From: Escherichia phage vB_Eco_SLUR75
Sequence record: LR025197.1
Strand: one strand, 5' to 3'
Length of the DNA stretch: 59,880 nt
Shown here: piece by piece, positions 45,544-53,149 of the stretch
Position numbering within the stretch: position 1 is the first letter of the stretch
How the letters are laid out: each line of letters starts with the position of its first letter
Notes under the pieces: model-generated
The model's input: only the letters and a program-made list of their open reading frames with translations
What the model was told of the DNA's origin: nothing
Databases searched by the model: none
Position numbers and translations under genes: made by a program

Positions 45544-46431
45544 TTACTGCTGCCACGGCGGGACTGCTGCTTGTGCCGGATGCGGTTCAGCTTGCTGCTG
45601 CGGCTGAGCTTGCTGCTGAGGTGCTGCTGCCTGGCCCGGCTGTGCTACCTGCTGCGCCCACGGCTGCTGAGCTGCTTCCGGTGCTACTGGCTGTTGTACC
45701 GGAGCTTGCTGCACTGGCTGCTGAGGTGCTGCGTTTTGAGCAGGATTATCCCACGGCTGCGGTGCGGCATTCTGCCACGGTTGTGCTGCTGCGCCCTGCT
45801 GTGGTGCTTGTTGCTGCTGCACAGGCTGCTGAACTGGCTGCTGTTGCTGCACCGGAGCTTGCTGCTGTACAGGCGCTTGCTGTTGCTGAGCAAACGGGTT
45901 AGCTGCTGGTTGCTGTGGTGCTGCGCCCGGGAAAGCTGGCTGCTGAGCTGGCGCACCTGCACCGAACGGGTTAGCTACTGCCGCTTGAGCACCCATTGCT
46001 GGAGCACCTGCTTCTTTTTCCGCATACTTAACCGGATCGTTGATGTTAGCATAACCGTTAGGCTCGTTGCTGTCTTCATAACCTTCCTGAGAACGAACTT
46101 TCAGACGCAGGTTCAGCGGAATGTTATGCAGTTGAGCAGGAGTATCCCAGCGAATTACGCCAACCGCATGGGAAAGCGCGCCCAGTTGCTCGTAAGCGAT
46201 ACGCACGGTATCTTCGTTATCGTTGATAACGTTATAACGAGCGAAGATTTTACGACCTTTAGCAAAACCATCAATGATGCTAAACGTTACCTGGATCGCC
46301 ATACCGCCATTTTTGGTCGCTTTGAACTCAGACGCTTCAATTACCGCTTTATACCAACCTTTTGGCAATGCGCCATAAGAAGGTGCTTGATAGCTGCTCG
46401 CGTCAAAAGAGAATTTAGTTGGCATAGTCAT
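45544..46431 (-). CDS. Putative ssDNA-binding protein (DUF669-like) with Gln/Pro/Ala-rich tail (295 aa)
   Basis: Adjacent to and coupled with the Sak4-like ATPase gene; C-terminal low-complexity QQAPVQQQ tail. Confidence 0.4.
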   Translation of the reverse strand: MTMPTKFSFDASSYQAPSYGALPKGWYKAVIEASEFKATKNGGMAIQVTFSIIDGFAKGRKIFARYNVINDNEDTVRIAYEQLGALSHAVGVIRWDTPAQLHNIPLNLRLKVRSQEGYEDSNEPNGYANINDPVKYAEKEAGAPAMGAQAAVANPFGAGAPAQQPAFPGAAPQQPAANPFAQQQQAPVQQQAPVQQQQPVQQPVQQQQAPQQGAAAQPWQNAAPQPWDNPAQNAAPQQPVQQAPVQQPVAPEAAQQPWAQQVAQPGQAAAPQQQAQPQQQAEPHPAQAAVPPWQQ

Positions 46432-47159
46432 TAGTTAATACCTTTCATTTTGTTGATAACAGAACCTAAGTGTGGGACTTCAACCGCATCTAAACGTCCC
46501 GAACGATCCTTAGCGATTGTATTAAAGTCCGGTTGAGTTTGCAAGTAACGATACGAGTTACCTTGCTGATCCTTATTTACATTCAGACGAAACACTTCGT
46601 CGAAGAAGTAAGGGAGCATTTGCCCCAATTTGGATCCAGGCATAGATGGAGCATACGCGGTAACACCGGAGACTTCATCTTTGTCTTTGCCCATTTTAGC
46701 AGACATATAAACATGTTTGCCAGGAATATCGCGAAATTTACGGATCAGATCTTGCATCTTTTCAAGCAAAGTACCATAAGCTTGACGAGGATCTTTCGTT
46801 CCCTTTTTCGCGTTGTTTAAACATTGTTCAGCAATTTCGCTCAAGCTGTCAAGCGCAATAGAATCGAAATACTGCTGGTTAGCTGGAGTTACGCACCACT
46901 GATAAGCCGCTTCAACGTCTTCCAGACATTTCACTTCAATTACCGGAATATCGTAAACGATGGGCAAACCCATGTTACCATAAACACGGTTAAGGTTTTC
47001 CGCTGCAATAGACAACAGACCGGATTCTGCGCTGATTAAAATTGGTTTAGGTAATGTGGCTACAAGGCTGGTTTTACCCATACCTGCTTCACCGTAAACC
47101 AGAATTTTGACACCTGTGTCCTGCACAACTTGTGAAGACATTTTAATTTCAATGGCCAT
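46431..47159 (-). CDS. Sak4-like RecA-fold recombination ATPase (242 aa)
   Basis: Walker A ILVYGEAGMGKTSL near N-terminus; size typical of Sak4. Confidence 0.6.
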   Translation of the reverse strand: MAIEIKMSSQVVQDTGVKILVYGEAGMGKTSLVATLPKPILISAESGLLSIAAENLNRVYGNMGLPIVYDIPVIEVKCLEDVEAAYQWCVTPANQQYFDSIALDSLSEIAEQCLNNAKKGTKDPRQAYGTLLEKMQDLIRKFRDIPGKHVYMSAKMGKDKDEVSGVTAYAPSMPGSKLGQMLPYFFDEVFRLNVNKDQQGNSYRYLQTQPDFNTIAKDRSGRLDAVEVPHLGSVINKMKGIN

Positions 47160-47224
47160 TTAACGCCTCTCTTTTAAGTTCGCGCTCATTGTAACGTAAT
47201 ATACTTTGAACCCTCAATTACTTT

Positions 47225-48139
47225 TTAATCTAAAACCTGATCACTTTCATCGCGGAAATGCATAAAGTTTGCAAAACGCGGTTTATCTTTCACGCCATGA
47301 GGGAAGTGTTTATATGAAATAGTCCGACCTTTAATTTTGTCAGGGTTATTCCAATAATAAATCTTATCCTCTTGCGTTAGTTTACCAGGACTAACGTTGA
47401 TTGTATTGCCCGTCTTAACGTCTTTACAAACCAACGTCCCGATCATACCGTTAGGAACTTTATTTTCCTGATGTGAAGATCGTGTAGTCCTTCCCAGCTC
47501 GTTAACAGTAGCTTCATTAAGATTAGTTTCACCCTCAATAATATCAAGGACAATAGCATCTTCCTGAATAAAGCGTTTAATACGAAGATATCCACCTTCA
47601 CGAACTGTGCCGCGCCCATGTTTATAAGGCTTGTCAGGATCACGGATAATAATACCTTCATAACCCATATCAAGCCAGATGTTTTCCCAGTAGAGCAACT
47701 CTTCTAAAGACTTAACCACATACATTGGCACAACTTGCAGGTCGAGCAATTCACCTTTCGCGTGCTGTGTGGTTATAAAATCTTTCATCATGTTGTAGCG
47801 GGCTTCATAGCCCAGCTCTGCAACACTCTCAGCGCACAGATCAAAGATGTGCCATTTCAGGAACGGTTCACCTTCAATTGTGTTTACCGCACTGGTTGTT
47901 TTACGACACAGGTCTGGATCTGTTTCCACCCCTGCTGCAAGCTCACCGTCATAGCCCATGTATTGAGAACCGCTGAAAATTGCGCTGGTATGGCGGTTTT
48001 TAAACAGCTTTAAGCTTCGCCCTACTATCTGCCCGTCCGGATTTAAACCGCGCACACCGTCGATTTTAGGCAGTATACAGCACGGAAACTTAATCTTTTC
48101 TTCAACCGCGTCAGTCGCTAAATGTGGCTTGAATGCCAT
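47225..48139 (-). CDS. ATP-dependent DNA ligase (304 aa)
   Basis: Motif I KIDGVRG (KxDGxR adenylation lysine), motif IV-like EGIIIRDP. Confidence 0.8.
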   Translation of the reverse strand: MAFKPHLATDAVEEKIKFPCCILPKIDGVRGLNPDGQIVGRSLKLFKNRHTSAIFSGSQYMGYDGELAAGVETDPDLCRKTTSAVNTIEGEPFLKWHIFDLCAESVAELGYEARYNMMKDFITTQHAKGELLDLQVVPMYVVKSLEELLYWENIWLDMGYEGIIIRDPDKPYKHGRGTVREGGYLRIKRFIQEDAIVLDIIEGETNLNEATVNELGRTTRSSHQENKVPNGMIGTLVCKDVKTGNTINVSPGKLTQEDKIYYWNNPDKIKGRTISYKHFPHGVKDKPRFANFMHFRDESDQVLD

Positions 48140-48148
48140 ATGTCCTCC

Positions 48149-48802
48149 TTACATTTCATAGTCAAAGTCTGACCAGTCTGAGCGAGTTGTAATTGAATTT
48201 ACGCCCATACCTTTACCCATAGAACGCCGCCAAACGGTTGCAGCTTTTTGAGCTTTCTCTTTCATACGAGTATTGCGACGTAAATGTCCGCTGCCCTTTT
48301 TAGGTCTATTTTCCTTTTTCTTTGCTTCGGAAATAAGCTCTTTGCATTCCTGCAAACGGATCTTGCTTCTTTCCAATCGCATAGCAGAACGCGCACGTTC
48401 ATCGCAAAATCTTTGGGCTTTACTACGCTGGTCCTGATTACTTGTATGACCTTTAACGTGGCGAAACTCAATAGTAAGATTATATTTACGAAGTTGATCG
48501 TTCAACCATTTGAAAGCTACACCTTCCTGTTCACTCTTCCAGCTTGCCTCTTTATACACTTTAATAGCTGTTGAACAATCTGTTTGCACAATTAAATGAT
48601 CGCCCGGATGGATTAATTTAGCCTTCATTCCCTCCCAAATAACATTACAGATTGCCATTGTTTCAGCTGCATTATTATCAGGAGCTCCGCGTAACGGTCC
48701 ACCGTTAGCGTTATTTCCACGGTTGCACACTACCCAGCCACCGTATCCCGCGGCTTTTGTATTTGGACAAAAACTTGCATCAGATATAATTGTTACTCTC
48801 AT
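48149..48802 (-). CDS. RNase H-like nuclease with basic C-terminal extension (217 aa)
   Basis: Catalytic-residue pattern ISDASF...AETMA...VQTDCS...VKGHTSNQ...DERA. Confidence 0.6.
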   Translation of the reverse strand: MRVTIISDASFCPNTKAAGYGGWVVCNRGNNANGGPLRGAPDNNAAETMAICNVIWEGMKAKLIHPGDHLIVQTDCSTAIKVYKEASWKSEQEGVAFKWLNDQLRKYNLTIEFRHVKGHTSNQDQRSKAQRFCDERARSAMRLERSKIRLQECKELISEAKKKENRPKKGSGHLRRNTRMKEKAQKAATVWRRSMGKGMGVNSITTRSDWSDFDYEM

Positions 48803-48843
48803 TATTTATCCTTAATAAAAAGGGGTCTGTTGACCCCTTATAG

Positions 48844-49074
48844 TTATGCAGGAATGGATTCTTCCGGTGCTTCCGGAATAACAATCTCGATCTCTTCCTC
48901 ATTCTGGAAGGTTAGTTGAAACCCGTCTCCTGGACGCCCGAAAGCAAAGGTAAGGGCTATCGTATTATCCTGCTCGTAATGACAGATACTTTCTACTTTC
49001 ATTTCGTTACCGTAAAAGTCACGGTAAATCATTCCAGGTAGCGCATCGGTCGCTTTGATCTTTCTTACAGCCAT
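48844..49074 (-). CDS. Hypothetical protein (76 aa)
   Basis: ORF with RBS-like sequence upstream. Confidence 0.45.
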   Translation of the reverse strand: MAVRKIKATDALPGMIYRDFYGNEMKVESICHYEQDNTIALTFAFGRPGDGFQLTFQNEEEIEIVIPEAPEESIPA

Positions 49075-49085
49075 TATTCCCCCGT

Positions 49086-49877
49086 TTACAGTTTGTCTTT
49101 GAACTCTTCGATATATTGCTCGATCGGATACTGCTTACGCTTGAAACGATCAAACAAGATTTTAGCAGATTCTACGTCTTCGTCGCTCTCTTTACTTGCG
49201 CCCGGTGCCATAAAATCACGCCATGTAAAACCGTTCAGATTATGCATCTTAGCGATGTGCTTGTTGTAACGGCTTTCCCAGTCCACACGCGGACCTTCCA
49301 TCTTGCGTAAACCGCGCCCAAGCACCTGTACATACAAATCTTTCTGACGTTGTACAGCTTCACCATTATAAGGTCCGGTTTTAAACTCAACAACACTACC
49401 GTTAAGATCTGCACCATCCGCAAAGTTGTGTAGCATAGTTTCAATAACGTCATTCAATGTTGGAACCGTCACTTTGCCCTGGGCAATGCCTGCCAAATAA
49501 CCGACGTTTTCTTCACCGTACAACTCGATCAGTTCTTTCTTGGTTGCTTCTGCTTCTTTGTTTGCGGACAAAGCCAACATCTGTTGTTCGAACATGTGTT
49601 CCTGTTCCAGGAAGTGAGCATAGCGCTCTTCGTCTACTTTGCACACAATCCATTTATATTCAACATCCTTGCTGAAGTCCGGATACTGATCTACTTCTAC
49701 TACTTCCGTAGTAAAGAACTTGCCGTTATATTGAATAACAACTGTATCGCCCGGCTGCAATTCGTCACTTTCCAGAGCACGGTAGGTATAAAGGCGACCA
49801 CCTGCTTCAAACTTAACTTTGACAGTTACAACGCCTTTTAACAGAGCATGATAAGCTTTCTGAAATTCTTTACGCAT
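49086..49877 (-). CDS. Hypothetical protein (263 aa)
   Basis: ORF in replication arm; no recognisable motif. Confidence 0.5.
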   Translation of the reverse strand: MRKEFQKAYHALLKGVVTVKVKFEAGGRLYTYRALESDELQPGDTVVIQYNGKFFTTEVVEVDQYPDFSKDVEYKWIVCKVDEERYAHFLEQEHMFEQQMLALSANKEAEATKKELIELYGEENVGYLAGIAQGKVTVPTLNDVIETMLHNFADGADLNGSVVEFKTGPYNGEAVQRQKDLYVQVLGRGLRKMEGPRVDWESRYNKHIAKMHNLNGFTWRDFMAPGASKESDEDVESAKILFDRFKRKQYPIEQYIEEFKDKL

Positions 49878-49918
49878 TTTAGTTTCCTCTTGGGCGGATT
49901 GACCGCCCGTTAATGTGG

Positions 49919-50329
49919 TTAGGCTTTATTCGGCACAATTTCCAGAGACGCGGAACCAACTTTCGATTCAACGCACTGGTTAAAGACTGCGGCTTGCTCC
50001 GCTGTAAGTTTACGCCAAGCCGCAACTTTCAACACAGGTTTATTTTCCACAAGCTGATCAACGTTAACACCAACTTTAATCAGATCGCCCAGGATTCCGT
50101 TAAGGCTTGGAAGATCAATCTTGCGATCAATCTTGTGTGTCATTTTCATAACCCCGCCAGTAATTTCAACTTTATTAGTCCCTTCTGATGGAGCAGGGAA
50201 ATAGGACTTAATAATCTTTTCGCGTAGTGCTCGCTCGCGAGCTTGAAGCTTTTGTAATTCTGCTTTGGTTTTATACCACTCAATTACATCTGCTTCTGTT
50301 GCTTGTACTGCTTTATCTGCGTCGAACAT
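49919..50329 (-). CDS. Hypothetical protein (136 aa)
   Basis: ATG at M21 of track ORF, preceded by AGAGGA RBS. Confidence 0.5.
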   Translation of the reverse strand: MFDADKAVQATEADVIEWYKTKAELQKLQARERALREKIIKSYFPAPSEGTNKVEITGGVMKMTHKIDRKIDLPSLNGILGDLIKVGVNVDQLVENKPVLKVAAWRKLTAEQAAVFNQCVESKVGSASLEIVPNKA

Positions 50330-50570
50330 TTTTCTATCCTCTGTTGTGTTTCGATGTATGTATAATAGCACATCCATGTGACAGGGCAAGACTCAATTCG
50401 TATCAATTAATCTTTTTAAACGGATTTGTAATCTAGCAACCTTCCTCCATTCAGCATCCTCCATTAATGGTGCAGGCTTATAGGCTTCAGGTATCGGACA
50501 AGGTATATAGGGTTCCATGTCAGATATTACTTGCTTTGATAACTTTTTCTTCCGTTTACCCATAAATAGC

Positions 50571-51227
50571 CTATTTCAAATAGCGGGAAGTCATAATTGG
50601 ATGCAAAGACACTTCTTCCTCAGATGTAACCACATTGGTGGCAGGTACAAAGTTGTTGGACTTCTTGTCTCCAACTTTCCACCCTTTACCGTTACCCTTT
50701 TTAAGTTCACCCGTGCCAGTGGACCCGAAGCCGTTGGCACCGCGCTCAGTGCTCTTAAGCTCGTCCACTTCTACCAGTTGCACGCTGGGTAGCTTAATAA
50801 GCATAGCTTGCGCAATGCGATCACCATGATTGACAGTAAAACTACCATCGTTATCAATAGTAATCTTAACCTTAAGTTCCCCAGTGTAGTCGCTATCAAT
50901 GACGCCCACGCAGTTTGCCAGACGCACGTCGTTTTTGAATCCGTGTCCGCTACGGGAATAGAGCATAAGCGCGTAACCTTCAGGAATATCAAACGCTAAC
51001 CCTGTGCGGAATATGTGTTCATAAGAGAAAATGATTTGTTCACAACCTTCTTCACTCTTAAGGTCCGCGTGCAGGTCAAAGCAAGCTGCCCCAGCACTGG
51101 CAAACGATGGCAGGATTGCGGTGTCTGTTAAGCGTTTTACCCCGAGAAGAGTTGGCGCAAAGGATGTAGCAGTTATGCTAGAATTAGTCATAGAAATAGT
51201 GTGCATGTTATTTAATACGTCAGTCAT
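50571..51227 (-). CDS. dut: dUTP diphosphatase with N-terminal extension (218 aa)
   Basis: dUTPase motifs AGAACFDLHA and CVGVIDSDYTGELKV. Confidence 0.75.
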   Translation of the reverse strand: MTDVLNNMHTISMTNSSITATSFAPTLLGVKRLTDTAILPSFASAGAACFDLHADLKSEEGCEQIIFSYEHIFRTGLAFDIPEGYALMLYSRSGHGFKNDVRLANCVGVIDSDYTGELKVKITIDNDGSFTVNHGDRIAQAMLIKLPSVQLVEVDELKSTERGANGFGSTGTGELKKGNGKGWKVGDKKSNNFVPATNVVTSEEEVSLHPIMTSRYLK

Positions 51228-51236
51228 AATTTCACC

Positions 51237-51704
51237 TTATTGGATTGATCCGCGATCAATTAACCATTGTTTCGCGTGCGCTTTAAAGATAATGCGGTAG
51301 TCATCGAGACTAATTTCCGCGCGGATGGAATCTTTAACTTCATACCACTGCCATTCACCATTACTGAAGACAACCGGATTAAGCGGTAGAACGACCTTCC
51401 ATCCTTTACGTTCTATTTTATACATCAGAACTGGATATCTGCCAAGCTCTTTAGCAGATTGGACAGTCTGCTTCCACCATGTGTTTACTTGTGGCGTAGC
51501 ATGGTTTTTTACTTCAACCGCATGGTGGCATGTATTGCTGATATCACAACCACCGACAGCACTTTGATTCTGGTTTCGCTGAGCAATAGGTTTTTCCGGT
51601 AACTGCATCCCCAGCTCTGCGTAGATTTCGGCATAAATTGCATTAAAGAAATCACATACTTCCCGCTCACCGCGTTGACCTTTAGCGCGAATATTTACTG
51701 CCAT
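51237..51704 (-). CDS. Hjc-type Holliday junction resolvase (155 aa)
   Basis: N-terminal AKGQRGEREV matches the KGxxxERE motif of archaeal-type Hjc; ATG at M11 of track ORF with GGAG RBS. Confidence 0.55.
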   Translation of the reverse strand: MAVNIRAKGQRGEREVCDFFNAIYAEIYAELGMQLPEKPIAQRNQNQSAVGGCDISNTCHHAVEVKNHATPQVNTWWKQTVQSAKELGRYPVLMYKIERKGWKVVLPLNPVVFSNGEWQWYEVKDSIRAEISLDDYRIIFKAHAKQWLIDRGSIQ

Positions 51705-51776
51705 GTTTGTCTCCATAACTTTAATGTAAAACACTTCATAAAGAATTTTATATTGAAGTTATGTTGATCGCAAGGA

Positions 51777-51809
51777 ACAAAAAAGCCCAGGCATAAGGAT
51801 TCCTGGGCT
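51777..51809 (-). terminator. Rho-independent terminator (reverse strand)
   Basis: AGCCCAGG-cataaggatt-CCTGGGCT hairpin followed on the reverse strand by TTTTTTG. Confidence 0.65.
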
Positions 51810-51921
51810 CTCTTGATTGTCGGATAGCTTACTTTGACTGCCGTCTTCGTCTACCCTGGCCTACTTGTACAGCCTCGCCAAAGGCTGGTGACGGTTTGGT
51901 ACATCTGGCGCCGTCTCGTTA

Positions 51922-52085
51922 AACATCGTTTACATCGTTCAGTAAGTTGCGGGTTTACCCTGTCCGCTCCAGGAAGCCCAGCGAAAGTAGTTGCTGTAAG
52001 GAGGTACAGCTACCGCTTTCAAGGGCTTGAGTTAAGCATCGTTCACTAAGTTAATGTTGTTAAATTGTTAAACCTCGTTAACTGT
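51922..52085. repeat. Direct repeats CATCGTTCA(G/C)TAAGTT and clustered GTTAA motifs in noncoding region
   Basis: Two 16-bp near-identical copies about 104 bp apart plus a partial copy; five GTTAA within about 55 bp. Confidence 0.5.
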
Positions 52086-52121
52086 GGTTATCTTAAAGGA
52101 TGCAGTCTTGAATGGCAAGCT

Positions 52122-52436
52122 TCAATTTTGCGCGGTTCCCTTTGCCGCTTTTGGTGCTAAAGTACCATCATTTAACATCAACTCAAAACCTGTTACTTGA
52201 TCGGTTGGAACAATAGGGTAATTCATAATAGCCATGTGGATACGATGCCCTCCGTCACATTCATCGATGTATTCATTACCCCAATAGTATAAATGCCCAT
52301 CTCTTCGAATATCCATTGCTGTTGGGAAATCTACAAGAATTCTTTTGATTTCTTTTCGTCCTTCTTTATGCAGATTAGTTTCAATACGGATAAGCTCCGC
52401 ATAAATTGCTTCACAGATAGTGTTTACAATTCCCAT
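52122..52436 (-). CDS. Hypothetical protein (104 aa)
   Basis: ORF with HxxxH/Cys content (ECDGGHRIHMAI). Confidence 0.5.
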   Translation of the reverse strand: MGIVNTICEAIYAELIRIETNLHKEGRKEIKRILVDFPTAMDIRRDGHLYYWGNEYIDECDGGHRIHMAIMNYPIVPTDQVTGFELMLNDGTLAPKAAKGTAQN

Positions 52437-52439
52437 TTT

Positions 52440-52655
52440 TCATTCCTCACAGTCTTTGATATTTTTAGGGATGAGAATATAACGATTGTGTTTTGGAAAA
52501 TTATCACTGCAACAATTACAAAGACCTCCCATTACATTTTGATTACCTACAGCATGTAAAGAACCGTCTAATCCGATAATAATTACATCATTATTAATGT
52601 AACCAAATTGATCAACCGGAGCCTGGCCTTCAATAACTTCTAATTCAATTTTCAT
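52440..52655 (-). CDS. Hypothetical protein (71 aa)
   Basis: ATG at M59 of track ORF with RBS GAGGTG; the longer GTG-initiated version lacks an RBS. Confidence 0.45.
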   Translation of the reverse strand: MKIELEVIEGQAPVDQFGYINNDVIIIGLDGSLHAVGNQNVMGGLCNCCSDNFPKHNRYILIPKNIKDCEE

Positions 52656-52663
52656 CTTACACC

Positions 52664-52738
52664 TCACAGAATATACATAAACCAGAAATAACCAGCTACG
52701 AAAATAGCACCCGCAAATAATTTTAAAAGCTCGAACAT
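52664..52738 (-). CDS. Candidate 24-aa hydrophobic peptide (MFELLKLFAGAIFVAGYFWFMYIL)
   Basis: ATG with strong RBS GGAGGG; stop overlaps the RBS of the downstream gene; below the ORF-track size cutoff. Confidence 0.3.
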   Translation of the reverse strand: MFELLKLFAGAIFVAGYFWFMYIL

Positions 52739-52837
52739 TGTTCCCTCCGTTAACGTTATGCTGTAAGTATAGCAGGACTTGCGATGTGTGCAACAACTTT
52801 AGACTTGAAACGCATCTATAAAATAGCACGATTTGCC

Positions 52838-52866
52838 TTTACCTCTGATCCGTCTAGCTGTACTAT
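52838..52866 (+). promoter_or_regulatory. Sigma70-like promoter candidate for ORF 52897..53121
   Basis: TTTACC, 17-nt spacer, TACTAT. Confidence 0.3.
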
Positions 52867-52896
52867 TAACCCATAAACAGAGCGGAGGATTACAAA

Positions 52897-53121
52897 ATGG
52901 TCATGCTGAATAAAGTATATAGCACAATGGGCGCGGATTATAAAGTTGTACGTCACCCGCGTACTGGTAAATTTGAAGCATACATCCGTCCAATGGGTGA
53001 AGGTTGGATGTATTACGGTACTTATGATGACGCTGAGCAAGCTTATAAAGAAGCGGAAAGTGTAGCGGAAGCATCCGAAATTATGGCAAGGTACGACGTC
53101 GATGATTACTACCTTAACTAA
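52897..53121 (+). CDS. Isolated forward-strand gene within the reverse arm (74 aa)
   Basis: Strong RBS GGAGG 8 nt before ATG; followed by a bidirectional terminator shared with the primase gene. Confidence 0.55.
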   Translation: MVMLNKVYSTMGADYKVVRHPRTGKFEAYIRPMGEGWMYYGTYDDAEQAYKEAESVAEASEIMARYDVDDYYLN

Positions 53122-53125
53122 CAAT

Positions 53126-53149
53126 AAAGGGCCTTTCGGCCCTTTATTT
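53126..53149. terminator. Bidirectional terminator
   Basis: AAAGGGCC-tttc-GGCCCTTT hairpin with flanking A- and T-runs. Confidence 0.65.

Noticed and set aside
45478-46434. 318-aa forward ORF antisense to the SSB-like gene
   Set aside because: Leu/Cys/Arg-rich translation produced by the antisense of the Q/P/A-rich low-complexity tail; no RBS; opposes the local transcription direction.
52440-52829. Full-length GTG-initiated version of ORF 52440..52829 (129 aa)
   Set aside because: No RBS at the GTG, junk-like N-terminal 58 residues, and it overlaps a better-supported short ORF with a strong RBS; the ATG at 52655 with GAGGTG was preferred.
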